Position numbers and translations under genes: made by a program
Assembly: GCA_035084275.1 (NCBI GenBank)
Contig: CM068743.1
Span: 101,494,001 to 101,558,000 of the forward strand
Source: Hydrolagus colliei
Taxonomy: Eukaryota
Direction: 5' to 3'
Length of the DNA: 64,000 nucleotides
Part shown: one piece after another, positions 21,959-34,759 of the stretch
How the letters are laid out: every line of letters starts with the position of its first letter
Position numbering within the stretch: position 1 is the stretch's first letter
The notes under the pieces: model-generated
Told to the model about the DNA's origin: nothing
Seen by the model: the letters and a program-made list of their open reading frames with translations, nothing else
Databases searched by the model: none

Positions 21959-24900
21959 GAAGGAGCATATCATTAAAAACTAAATAGACAAGGGCAAGAT
22001 GTAGTGGTAGAGGAAGGGAATTCCAAAGGGTAGGAGCATAATTGCTGAAGGTTTAGCCATACCAGAGAAGCTTGTCCTTTTTCACATGTCTCACCCCTGG
22101 AGTTTGGCCCAACTCTGCCTTGGATAAGAATGGGTACGTCAAGGTGACAATGAAGCCTGGCATGGACGGGAGCGATAAATATGTGGATTTTGTGCAGGTG
22201 AGGATATGGAAGGATGACCAGTTTTATCTGGAGGATTGTTGGCTAGGATACAAGGAGAAACTCACTTCTCAATCTGAAAAAAGTGCTTTGGAACTTCACC
22301 AAAAAGTTGGTTTTACAATTCGTCCAAATCAGCACCTTTGGCAATTCCATGCTTCACCAGCACTGCTGCAGTTGAGTGTCAGCCCAGAGCCCAATGTCCT
22401 ACTGTGTCACTTGAAACTGCAACCTTCTGGCTTAGAGGTGAGAGTACTACCACTTGAGCCTGGGTGACACATTAAGTGTTGAGAGATCTTACCCGTGTAA
22501 AGGGCAAATACAAATGCAAGTTGTTGGTTGTTTTATCAGCCGGTTGCAGGACTGACAATTCTTATTTCCTCCTATAAGAGTAAACATGAGTTCTCTCAGA
22601 TGTTTTTTTTTCTCTCCTATTCAGGGCAGATTCCACTCTCTCTGAATTGTATTTAACGCCAGTTCTATATAGTCAAGTTGATTGCAGCCTTGAAATTCTT
22701 GACATTGATATTCTGGCTTTGAACCATTCGAGCCCCTCTTTCCGCATTCTTTTTGTTGATGTCCCGGGCATGCAAAAGAAGGAAACAAAGAAGGACATTG
22801 GCATTTTTCTCCCTTTACTCAGTGTGCTGAAAATCATTACAGGTACTCAAGAATAAAGGAATATCTCCTATTCCCCCGAAATGTGCCAATGTCGAAGAAA
22901 AGATCATTTTTGGAAAACAATAACAAAATTTACAACAACATTGCACTTATATAGCGCCTTTCACGTCGGGAGGACGTCCCAAAGCGCTGAAACATGACAA
23001 ATATTTATTCTGAGACCGTATCTCAATGAAACAAATTATCATAAAGCCTTTTGTATAAGCGATGTACCTACATGCAAATAACTCCTACCAAACATCAAAA
23101 ATGGCCTATTATGACAAGTTAAATTCATCAAAACATCAGAATGAACAAAACACTGATGAAACGTAAATAAATCATTTTAAAAGTGAAAAAGACATCTTCT
23201 CATGGTTCATGTTGAACTCAGTGAAACATGCTATGTAATCACTACAAACTAGCAATGTTACATTGCTCAAAATGTAGCCTATGATTTCACAATTAAACAA
23301 TCCATTACAGCTACAAGTGAGAGAGTTACAATGTACAGGACTCAAACGATTAGACACATGGCTAACTTTCAACACATAACTGTCAAGTTGTATAAAGGAT
23401 ACTGCTCATGTCCATTATAATACCAACTCTTGTGCATCTCTCGACTAAACTAAGGGAATAGGAGGTAGAAGCGATTGAGATACGGTCCAAATTCCTCAAA
23501 TAAAATTGGTCATTCGGTTCATTGCTGTTTTGTGGGATATTTCGGTACACAAATTGCTGTTGTGTTTGCCTATAAAACACATAGGCACCTCATTTTACTG
23601 TAAATCCTGTGAAGCACTTTGAGATTTCTTCTAATGTGAAAGGCACTATTGGCAGATGTAAGGATTATTATGATGATGTTTTAAGATAGTTGAAGAAAAT
23701 ACTTGCTTTTGCCTTCACATGTTACCAAGTACATGTAAGTACCAAGTAAGGTTGATCACCTCATTCCAAACTTATTCTAAAAGAAGATTACTTTCAGTTG
23801 AGGAGTAGGGTATCCGATGAAGATGAAGATTTTTGTTGAAAGGTGACATTGATAGATCGAAGGGAAAAGAATTGCTAGGATCAGTGTTGAGATCCGTTTT
23901 CAGATTTACTTTCCTTCAGCTGGTAAGTCCTCTCCTGACCCACAATTTCCTCAGGAGAATTTCACTCCCCAAATACACACTTTGCAGTACATTCCGTGAA
24001 GCACTTTGAAATGTCTCAATTATGTGGTAAGGCGACATACCAAATGCAAGTATTATTAATCCTATAGTCTAGAGTCCTAGAGTCTACAATACTAAAGTGT
24101 TTTCCTTCATTTAAATGGGGACAGAAAAAGTTGTGACAATGCTAATATTTTCAGAAATGTCTCCTCACTACCAACACTTTCATAGCCTCTTTCGAGGAGG
24201 CCTATTTTCTCATATATTCAGCACTGGTGCCACAGTCTGCAGGGATTGATGGCTCAGGAAGAAGATGTAGTCCAACCCTCTTGAGCTTTATTTTTTTTAC
24301 ACCATTTGCACAAACTGATTGAGGAGTGTTTCGAGGTTCCGATTGTGTAGGACTACCCAGTGTAATATCTACGACTGTCCAGATGGAAACTTTGTATGGC
24401 ACAAAACTAATTGGTGACAAGAAGTAGGCTCATTAAAACCTGTGTATTAAAATAATGTATTTTTAAAATAATGTCGCATTAAAATAATGTAAAGGAACGC
24501 TCTGAAACCAGGCACTTTTCCCCATGTAATTTAAGAAATATGCATGTCCAGTTCCCCTGCATAACTCTGTTAAGTTGTCAATTAGGGAGCCCTCCATGTC
24601 TTCACCCTCCATGTCTTGTCGAACTCTTGCAACCCGACTACCCTAGCTGCTCCCTCTGCTCAGTGAACACTGGCTGCATCACGTCCTTCATCTATTAGTG
24701 GGGGAGCTTTCAGCCATTCAATCTCTAGGAACTCTCTCTCAAAGCGCCTCTGCCATGGCCCCTCCCTCCCCACATTTTAAGCCCGGGGATAAGACCTATT
24801 CTGTGAATATTCACTATTTTTATCTGTACTTTTGCTAACTTTTCCCCTCACCCCACACACAGACACCTTCCTCAACCCCCACCACCCCAACCCCCAGCTC

Positions 24901-25254
24901 AAACACCAGTTTGTGAAGTACTTTGAGGTAGCATCCTGATGTGAAAGGCTTTATGTAAACTTAACATTGTTCTTGTTGTTGTCTTACTCTGTTTATGAGC
25001 TTTTTTTCTGGTGCAAAATCTAAGTGGAGTTTAACTTGTATACTTCCCCAGTTTTTATTGTGCACCCAAAACGAGATACTGCAGGCGGTTATAGAGAATT
25101 GATAGAATTTGCACCCGCAAGGGTTTACATTTAAACATCCAACCACAATCAAGAGATTGACACACTGTTCTAGCTAGTTATCAAGCTACACCTATTGTCA
25201 ATATTTATATATTAAATTATTAATCAATCCTGCATTATCAGTACCCATTCATCG

Positions 25255-25945
25255 ATTTCATCTGCAGCCAGGAGTTAATTCCGCATGTATGCTGATGACA
25301 CCCAACTCTTTCTCTCTGTCTCCACTCTTCCATTCCAGGACCACTGCTGTCCCTACTGACATCAAGTCCTGGATGAGAGCTAACTTTCTTCCGTCAAATG
25401 TCAACAAGACAGAGGCTGTCCTGTTTGACTCCCTTCAGCACCTTCTAATCGTTTGGATGCACATTCCACCTCACAGCACCAGTAGAGAATCTTGGTGTCT
25501 TGTTCAATTCTCAACTGTTCCTTCAACCTCAAATTCACGCTCTGACCCATTCAGCTTTCCTCCCATCTCCTTAACATTGCCTACCTCTGCCACTGCCTCT
25601 GCCACTGCCTCTATGTGGCTGTTGAGATCCTATTCCATGAATTTATCAGCTCTAGACTTCATGCTAACTCTTCTCTCTGGACTACCTTCCCCTTCACTTC
25701 ACAAGATGTAGACTATCCAGAACTCTGCAGCTTGTGTTGTTTCTTGCACTAGGTGCCTCAAGCATATTGCCCCCATCCTTGCCCTGTTTCACTGGTTCCC
25801 CATCCCCCAGTGATTGAGTTCAAGGTTCTCTCCTTGATCTTAACCCACTCCATCCCTGCGACTGCTTCAAACCCGACCAACCTCTACCACTCCCTCCACT
25901 GAGTGACCACTGGCCTGCTTCATGTTCCTTGCCTCACCTGCCTAG
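25255..25945 (+). mobile_element. degraded L2 RT/C-terminal fragment
   Basis: atgtatgctgatgacacccaactc (MYADDTQL), DIKSWMRANFL..NVNKTEA, atccagaactctgcagct (IQNSAA). Confidence 0.8.
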
Positions 25946-26299
25946 CGTTGCCAACTCTGGGAAGCTTTTATCAGATGATGTAATATGATTAGGACTGAGT
26001 TACTCAAAAACTAGTTCATTACAGAGCGATACAATCCGTGAAAATTGTTCAGTTCTCTTCTCTCTAAATACTGTTCGTGAGCCACAGTAATGTTTGGTCA
26101 TTGTCATAAAATGAGAAGGCACTGACTCATGGTGGTTAGATAATGTAAGATGGAGCTCCAGGACAACAATGCAATATTACATTTGCATAGTGCTTTTAAT
26201 ATTGGGAGGATGTCCTACAATGCTGGATAGTCAGGGATTTTACACGAGCGCAGGAACCGGACTACCAATGCCCCTCCCCACCCAAAGAGGATAGCCTTA

Positions 26300-27420
26300 A
26301 CTTCTTTACTAAAGTACGGTGGCCAAAACTGGACACGGCGGTCTAACAAATCATTTATATAAGTTTAGTGTTTCCTCTTTGGTTTTATATTTTATACCAC
26401 TTTTTATAAACCCTTGGATTCCATTAGTTTTCTTGACAACTTTATCCGTTTGCCTTCCCACATTTAAAAAATTATGCAAATTAGCCTGTAGGTAACTCTG
26501 TTCTTTCACTTCTTTTTAATAGTTTACCATTTAACATACACTTGCTCTCCTTATTTTTCCTCGCAAAATCTATAACCTCACATTTGTCTATATTAAATTT
26601 AATTCGCCATTTTTCTGCAGAATCATCTAATCTGTCTTGAAGCCCACCAATGTTGCTTAGTCTTCTTCATTGCTAGCTACAATGATTTTGTTGTAGCTAG
26701 CAATGTATCATTTTTGTGTCATCTACAAATTTAAGAAATTGTGCTTCCTATATTGGAATCCAGATCATTCAAATAACTGGAGAAAAGTAGTGGTCCTATC
26801 ACTGACTCCTGGGGATTCTACCACTGTATTTACATTGTGAATAATAACCTTGTATTGGTACCCTCTGTTTCCTATCCTTGAACAAACTTTCTATCCATGA
26901 TGTTAGCTTTCAATTAATACCAAGCACCCTTTTTGTTTAATGTGGCAAGTTATTAAAAGCCTTCTGAAAATTGATTAATTTATTAAAGAACTTGCTTAGA
27001 TTTGTCAAAATTTAACAAATCCATGCTGACTGTTTTTTATTAACTCATGCCTTTCTAAATGGTTATTTATATTATTGTGTATTATAGCCTCTAAAAGTTT
27101 GTCCACTATAGATGTTCGACTAATTGGTCTATAATTACTGTACTCAGCTGATCCTGTTCTCCTGTTTTAAACATCAACATTACATTAGCTGCCATCCAGT
27201 CTCCTGGCACAACTTTCATATCCAAGGATCTTTGAAAAATTGTAGTCCTCATGTCTATTTTTGTCTCCGCGACTTTCCCTTAACGTTTTCCGATGAAGTC
27301 TCTTATGACTTGTCCTCTTTGAGTTCCATCAATTTCTTTAGTACCACTTCCTTTCTATACTTATCCCTTCTAATTGCTACACCTTTCTCCTCTTGTACAC
27401 TTAAGCAGATGAAACAGAAA
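26300..27420 (-). mobile_element. degraded CR1 ORF2 RT fragment
   Basis: Reverse complement contains ccccaggagtcagtgataggaccactac (PQ.SV.GPL), aaatttgtagatgacacaaaa (KF.DDTK), cagtcagcatggatttgttaa (SQHGFV) and gtgccaggagactggatggcagctaatgta (VP.DW..ANV). Confidence 0.85.
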
Positions 27421-27451
27421 TAATAATCGGAATTAAAACTGAAAGGTACAA

Positions 27452-27600
27452 TATAATAATCCTTGCATTTGATATTGTGCTTTATCATGTCGTTGAAATG
27501 TCTCAAAGCTCTTCCCAGAGTATATTGTAAAATGTATTAACTGTATATTTTGTGAGCAGCCAATTGCACATAGCAGTGTCCCACAGACAGCTGTGGATTT
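27452..27600 (-). mobile_element. 5'-truncated SINE 3' half
   Basis: ataataatccttgcatttgata...gcagccaattgcacatagcagtgtcccacagacagctgtggatt. Confidence 0.85.
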
Positions 27601-28959
27601 TATTTTTTTCACAACAAACAAATTTGATCACAGAACATTTGTAGAAATATTTTCAAAGATTCCACAGAAATAGATTTTAACAAACAACTTGAGCTAAAAT
27701 TCTGAGTAAACTATTCATTATTGGTGGTGTGTTCTATTGGGGCTGAAGAAATGTTTTCGGTGAGCTTGATCATCACATAAAGTGAGACAAATTACAATCT
27801 CATTGAAACGCGTGGAGTTGTGCTTACACTTGAGACTGACACAGTTCAAAATGAGTTACTATTTTTAAGGCAAACTGAGATCCCTAATTAGTGATGAGTA
27901 GGACTTGACAGGGTGGTGGGTAGCGTTGGCTAATGGAGAATTAATTCTTTACTGTGTGATTTCAGGCCCAATAACTCAGTCAGGTATGTTGTAGCCTCAG
28001 GTGCACTGAGTTGGATTCTCCATGAATTGCAACTTAATTTGCAGCAACCTTTTTGCAAATCTATGTAAAATAATATTGATTATTCTTAATATAAATTAAA
28101 TTGTATACTGACTCCATCTAGTGGCCATTGTGCACGGATGGATTTAATTTTCCTACACCTCTGGTTAGTTATGTTTCAAGTAACACACCATTATGGGCAC
28201 AGTATGTGTGTAGAAATGCGTTTGTTTTGTGTTCCTTTTTGTGATTCCCTTGTTTCATTGCATTTAATGGGAAAAAAGAGTAAAAGGCTTTTAAGGCTGA
28301 ATCAATGCAAGAGAACTATGGACGAGAACTTTCTGCGTACGTTACCTTTTCAGGCCACGTCAGAACAGGAATTTTTTGTGGCTGAAATGAAGCTGAATAT
28401 TATTAAAAACAGTTGCTGATATAATGGTAAAACTTCAAACATGAGCAATCCTTCCAGTTCAACAAGAGAGATTAAAAAAAACTAAACTCAGATACTCACC
28501 TATAAAATTGAAGTTCACTTTATTTCCTCTGACAGCTTGTGAACATTAATGAGATACTAAATTATGAAGCCAGAATAAACTGTTCTAATCATAAGGCTTA
28601 TCAGCAGTTGAAAATAGCAAGTACATGAGGAAGGGCCATTGACTGATTGTTATCTTAGTTCAGTTCTCTGAAGAACCAATATGTTTATACTATCGCCTCG
28701 ACATCCTCCCTACGTCAAAGGCGCCCTATAAGTGTAATTTTGTTGTTGTTGTATTTCTGCCGTGCTGTTGCTGTCAAACTCATAAAGTAATGATGGGCTT
28801 GACTTTACAGCAGCAGGCCAGATAGAAAGTCATAGAAAGACTCAAAGGTTGAGTAAAACTGCCACAGGGAATGGAAACAAAAAAAGACTCAGTAGCCTGT
28901 GGCAAAACCTGTTTGTCACTGATTACGCCAACTGGCTTTGCAAATGTCAAGACTCCTGT

Positions 28960-29265
28960 CTTTCCTTTGTGTGGGATACCATCTTCTTGATGAGATGTTA
29001 AACCAAGGTAGCATTTGCCTGTTCAGGTGAATGTCCATTTAGGTGAGTTTCTCCTGGTGTCTGGGCCAACAATCCCCCAAGTAAAATTGGTCATTCATGT
29101 CCTGGTTGTCTGTGAGACAACCAGGGCGATTGTTGTGTGCAAGTTGACTGACTCGTCCACCTGCAAATACAGTCAATGTGCCTAACAATAAAGCTTGGGA
29201 AGAGCTTTGAGACATTTCAATGTGATAAGATACTACTGTATATCAAATGCAAAGGTTCTTATTAT
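28960..29265 (+). mobile_element. older Deu-like SINE, partial
   Basis: gatgagatgttaaaccaagg...gcctgttcaggtg...gagctttgagacatt...tatcaaatgcaaagg, colinear with the reverse complement of 2678-3097. Confidence 0.65.
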
Positions 29266-30286
29266 TGTAGCCATATTGGAAATGGCTGACTAATTATTAG
29301 AGAAGTCATATGAATAACTCCTGCAAGAAACATATTATTGTACATTATATTTGACTCCCAGCACAACCATATCTCCATATGGAGTCTCTTAGCCTTTAAT
29401 CTGTGAATTGGATGACAAAGTATATGTGTTCTGCAGGTAGAGAAAAGCAAGTAATCTGCAGAATATGTTTTGGTGTGTATTCTACAGAGTATTTAGTTTT
29501 TTTTCCAATGTGTTTCGCATTTTTTTGCACCTCCGGGTTTTCTGCAGAAACTGAGGTGTAATTTGTGGGACTCATCAAATATTGTAATTAATTTGAAAAT
29601 GTTTAATTCGGCTGAGTACCTGGATATGTCTCATGCCAAAGAATAAACTTTCGGTGAACATTGATCTCTGTCAATCACTTGCCAATGACTTTCTTAATGT
29701 TTGGAGCATACAAAGACGGACACCAGCAAGGCAGTGGGGAAGAGATTATAATAATATTTCTTGCTTTTTACATCATTGGTTCCACCCATCCTTTTGTACC
29801 TTACCCAATTGGTATTTCTTTATGGGAGTGGATGAGTGTGACCATTACACTGATCCCAGTCCTGGGGAACCAGATATCCACAGTTTCATGTAGGGATCAC
29901 TAAATAGCAATCAGGAACAGGAAGTCCCATTAAATGCCAAGACCAATTCAAGCATCTAATTTTGCCCTAGCTGGAATCAGTTACCTCAAATCAAACCATG
30001 AATTAAACATGGGACCTTCTAGTTTGCGTAGAGCAATGCTCCATTACCTTTCAATGTCCTAGTATACTTTCTGTTGTGTGAGAGCATTATGTGCTCCTCA
30101 CATAAATGCAAGAAAGAAAGTTCCAGAATATGTCATTTTAAAGATTGTGTATAAGTTGCAAACTTTGAAACACTGTGCGCCCTATGATTTGCTTAAACTA
30201 TCTAACGTAGAAAAAATATCATATAATATGGTAGAGCCCAGAATCAAACTGTGATTAGCCGATTGTGGATGTAAAAAACCTGAATA

Positions 30287-30537
30287 TAATAATAATCCTT
30301 GCATTTGATATAGCGCTTATCCTGCCTTTGAGATGATAAAATGTGTGTTTGTGCGTCTCGCTCTCTCTTGCTCTGTTTAACTGCATCTGAGTGTGTCAGT
30401 GTGTATGTGTGTCTCTCTTTCTCTAATTTCGTCCACAAAATATACAGTCACTCCACATTACAGTATATTCTGTGAAGCGCTTTGAGACGTCTCAAAGGCG
30501 TGATAAGGCACTATATCAAATGCAAGGATAATTATCA
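30287..30537. mobile_element. two SINE tails in inverted orientation around a (TG)/(TC)-rich spacer
   Basis: Minus-strand tail at 30287-30334 and plus-strand 3' half at 30428-30537. Confidence 0.8.
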
Positions 30538-31854
30538 TTATCCTGTATTTTACCCGGATCTGATCACTTCACTTCACATGTGGAAAGAAATGACACCTGG
30601 GTCTCAGATTCAGTTAATGTAACATTTCAGAGCATCCAGAATTCGACAAATTGATGAATTCGGTTTAACTTTGAAGTCAATTTTCTGTAGTTCTGAAAAT
30701 AATTTACTGTAAAACTGTTTCAAAGTTAAGGCTACATTTAACCATTTGCTGTACGACGTCACATGAATAGAGTAAATCTAGGCCCAAGTGGAATTGCTCG
30801 CCAGCTGTCAGTTACTAGCCCCGTAAATTGGTTACCTGGTAACCTCACAGACACGTGTACAACATTTTTGATTGATATTGCAGTCTTAGTTCATTTATGC
30901 ATTGAAGCTCTGATGCAAATAATAATGTGTGGTTACATGTCGGGCTCAATTGTAGTGCAGGTATGTTTCAGCCACCAACACTCTTCCCCAATCTGGAATT
31001 TATAACCGTAGTTTATGCTGATCTAGAGAAGGCGTGGGGTGGGGCAGGGGGAGTAAAGGAAAACAAACTATTGTTACCTAGCAGTGGGTTGAACTGTAGC
31101 ATTGCCAGAGGCCTGGGAGTGGCTTCCAGCAGCAACACACGTGTCTTTACAGCCGATACAGTACAATAGAAGCAAAAATTAAAGGGCAAGATTCCCCTTA
31201 AAACCCCCCACAAAATATGTTGTGAATCCTCCTGCATTTATTATGAATTGATTACGTTATTTGAATTATTTGTATCTGTAACATTCGTGAGGCAAAATAA
31301 TCCCCCTCTCCTGTCCACTTTCAGAGCCTCAAGACTTCCCTGTTTGATGGTGCTTTCGGTCATCTTTCCTCCCCCCACAACCCTCTTGGCTTGAGTGTCC
31401 AGGGACAGCTGTGTTAAGCACTTTGAGCTATCCTCCTGACATGACAGATGTGATCTAAATATAAAATGTATTGTAGGGTATAATTGTGTGCCTTGAAGGA
31501 TAAGGCCATGTTTATTTGTTTTCATGATGTGCAGGTTTGGGCCTTTAAAATTAATACAAATGAACTAATTCAGAGTATATTTCTGGTTAAACCTTGCTAG
31601 TGAAAGACAGTTTGAAGAATCTGCATTTGTGGAAGAAAAAAATATATTAAAGGAGCCAATGTTTTTCCTATGTGGGAATTGACAGACTACTAAGATGGAA
31701 GTGAAAAGCCACAAGTGTGTTTACCGTGTTTTAAATTGATGTCAGTGTGGCCTCTAAAGTCTTTTTAAAAATCACTTATAGTATCTTGCGAAACCTGCTG
31801 TGTGATTTAGATGCATTTAAAGTTGCACTAATACTGTTCACTGATAACAACAAA

Positions 31855-31956
31855 ATAATAATAATCCTTGCATTTGATACAGCGTGTTTCATGTCTCAAA
31901 GTGCTTCACAGAATATACTGTAAAGTGAATTGATTGTATATTTTTGAGCAAAACAT
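31855..31956 (-). mobile_element. SINE 3' tail
   Basis: aataataataatccttgcatttgatacagcg...cacagaatatactgtaaagtgaattgattgtata. Confidence 0.85.
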
Positions 31957-32743
31957 AGTCCTACTGCTTATTTATTTTGATCGGAGATGTACCAAAATTG
32001 TTGTATGAGTTATCATCAGATGTAAAGTGACTGTGTATTGAGTAACCGGATGTGAAATATGAATCTAGTAAATGCAGTAAGAAGACACAGGGTTAGGTTA
32101 AAAGCCCAGAGAGGAGAATAGGTTAGGTTAATGGGAGATCAGGATAGGATGATGGGACATCATCCTACCTACACAAGATCTCTAGACTGTAAAATTGAAG
32201 AAAAATTTCTGCACATCAGGAAGAAATACCTCCAAGAGGCACAAATAACCCCTTTGCTCTTCACACAGTAAGAAGGACAGTAGAGACTACATCTATCAAA
32301 CTATTCTATGATTCGGTCTGCAGTAAGATCTGCGGCTCTGCACAGTCCAGTCCCACACTAAGCTCCCAATTCTCTCTCTGACTTTCTCAATCTCCTAACA
32401 GTTCGGGCCATCCCTAAAAAGAAGCACTAAGCTAAAGGATGTGAAAAGGATTAGAAACCCTGGGGAATCATCAGCAGGTTTCCAATGATAGTGATAGTAT
32501 AGGAGGAGGAGAGTGGAGGTTGTGGGCTAACAATAAAATTAAAGCCTCTTCCAGCAGAGAGTGGAAAGTATTTTAATTCTTTGAGAGATGTTAAACAGTA
32601 GAAGAGGCAAACTTGTGGGATTGTTTCTCAAATCTTCAGTAATGTAACAATTTGCATGAGTTATCCAAAATTTTCTGTCTCTATTTGTGTAATTAATTGC
32701 ATGTTGACCAGTAGCAGTTAACTCTAATTTGTTGGTGGCTCAT

Positions 32744-33225
32744 GAAATAGTGGAGGCCTTGTGACTGATCTTCCAAAATTCTTTGGATTCTGGAATGGTT
32801 CCCATTGATTGGAAGGTGCCACAAGGATCAGTGCTTGGGCCTCAACTATCTACAATCTATATCAATGATCTAGATGAGGACATTGAACTTAAAATATCAA
32901 AATTCATGGATGACACTAAACTAGGAGGGAGAGTAAACACAGAGGATGATTTAAAAAAATGCAATGCGATATAGATAGGCGAGATAAGTGGGCAAGTAGA
33001 TGGTAGATGAAGTAAAATGTAAGGAAGTGTGAAGTCATCCACCTAGGTGATAAAAACAGTAGAACAGATTATTTTTTAGGAGGGGAGAGACTAGATAGTG
33101 TTAGCGGGTGTCCTTGTACACAAGTCACAAAAAGTTAGTTTGCAGGTACAGCAAGCAACTAGGAAGGCTAATGGTATGTTGGCGTTCGTTACAAAAGGGT
33201 TAGAATATAAGAGTAGGAAAGAATA
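32744..33225 (+). mobile_element. CR1 RT fragment with internal deletion
   Basis: DSGMVPIDWK joined directly to VPQGSVLGPQLSTIYINDLDE...KFMDDTKLGG. About 440 bp present in the 46440-48009 copy is missing. Confidence 0.9.
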
Positions 33226-33669
33226 GAGAAGTTTTAAATTGTCAGCTTTGCTAACATGGTAAAATCCACAAAACCAAATTGTGAGATGATTTCTATGAAA
33301 AGCAGGTGAGACAATCACTTGCAATTCTAGTGGAAAGATTCCTGTTAATTGAAAAAGAAATGAACATACCTGAGTCTTTGGGTCATGCTGAAAGCTGTAG
33401 TGTAATAGTAATGGCCATCAAAATGCAATATTAAAGTACTCTAACTTGTGTACATTTTATTTGGCATAACCAATTGCATTTCACCATAACAGCAATGCTA
33501 TATTTTGTCTACTATGTGGCTTTCCACAAATGCACTAACTTGGTTGACGGGGAAGGAGCGTACCCGGAAAGTATGCTCCTTCCGTACTTTCGGAACTGAT
33601 ATCACACGCGATTTACATGAGGATGTAACAACTATGTTTAGCAAACATTTGTTAAAAGCTTGCCCTTCA

Positions 33670-34440
33670 ATTTCGGCTCAGTTGGTAGCATTTTCAACAG
33701 AAAATTGGTGGGTTCAAGCCCCATGTTATGCCTTCACTCTGATACAATTCTAGGGGACTGCTTCATGGTCAGAGGTGCTGTTCTCCAGGTGAGAAAATAA
33801 ATCAAAAATTGTCTGCCTGTTCAGGTAGATGTTAAAGATCCTATGGTACTATTCACGGCCTTGCCCCGCACCCCCCACCTCTCTGACCTGCTGTTCCCCT
33901 AAGAACCCCCTCCATTCAGCGGGCTTCAGCTTGCTCCGTGTCCCCTGCCCGACCAGCCCTACCATCGGCGGACGGGCTTTCAACCTCTCTGCCCCACACT
34001 CTAGAATTCCATCCCATAGTCCCTTGCCTCCTTCAAGGTCGGTCTCAAGACACTCCTCTTCGATTGTGCCTTCTTCTGCCCTCCCTACTCTCTCCCTCCC
34101 CTCCTAACTCTCTCCCAACCCTCCCTCTCTCCTTTGCTCAGGTCGTAACCTGACTGTTTATCCCCTTGGTATGTCCTTCCGACGTGAAAGGCACTTGAGA
34201 AATATTATTTTGTTGTTGTTGTTGTATTTGAGAAAAATATGTTTCTTCTCGTTCTGAGCAAGAATCTTCTGTAGAAATTAGTTATTCATTTCGTAACTCT
34301 TCGTGGAATATTTTTGGTGGAACTTGTCTGTTGTGTTTGCACAGAAATATACAGTCACTACACTGGATAACCCATGAATCAGTTAGAGACATTTCAGCAT
34401 TATACATGCTATATCAAATGCTAGGCTTATTTATTACTAT
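33670..34440 (+). mobile_element. older Deu-like SINE interrupted by an L2 type-A 3' end (33854-34224)
   Basis: ggctcagttggtagc...gggttcaagccc head; SINE body breaks at gatcctatggtactatt, L2 3' end with (ttg)n follows, then SINE resumes tatttgagaa; possible tatt target duplication. Confidence 0.8.
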
Positions 34441-34759
34441 AAGCAGTTAGGATGAAATGCTTTAAGAAAAGAGATTGAGGATAAATGTGTTAAATTCTGT
34501 TGAGTGTAGTAAGAAAAGCTGCTTGTGGAGTTGAGTTATTAATAAACAATGTGAAGTTTATATGTATCATCTGTAGATTCCTATACTGTAGCTGCACAAA
34601 GCTGTCCACTTGAGCAAACAGTACCTTGGTTTAACATTTTGTTTGAAACTGGCATCTCCTACAAAGTTACTCAAGTCTATTACTCTGAACTCAGATCCCA
34701 ATGTGGGGCTTGGACTTCAGTCCTTTTGAGGTGAATACCAAGCTTATAACAACAAAAAT

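Noticed and set aside
22625-22841. Open frame after a strong acceptor (ADSTLSELYLTPVL...KIIT) with weak gtactc donor
   Set aside because: No recognisable protein similarity, weak donor, and no supporting neighbouring exons.
23920-23922. Possible 3-nt microexon ttccttcag|CTG|gtaagt
   Set aside because: It has a short pyrimidine tract with another AG just upstream and abuts degraded SINE sequence. Such hexamers are expected many times by chance in 64 kb.
24447-24491. Three ttaaaataatgt repeats, and other short direct repeats (5484-5521, 24590-24617, 25584-25611)
   Set aside because: These are ordinary slippage duplications; they are not CRISPR-like (no regular unique spacers, eukaryotic context).
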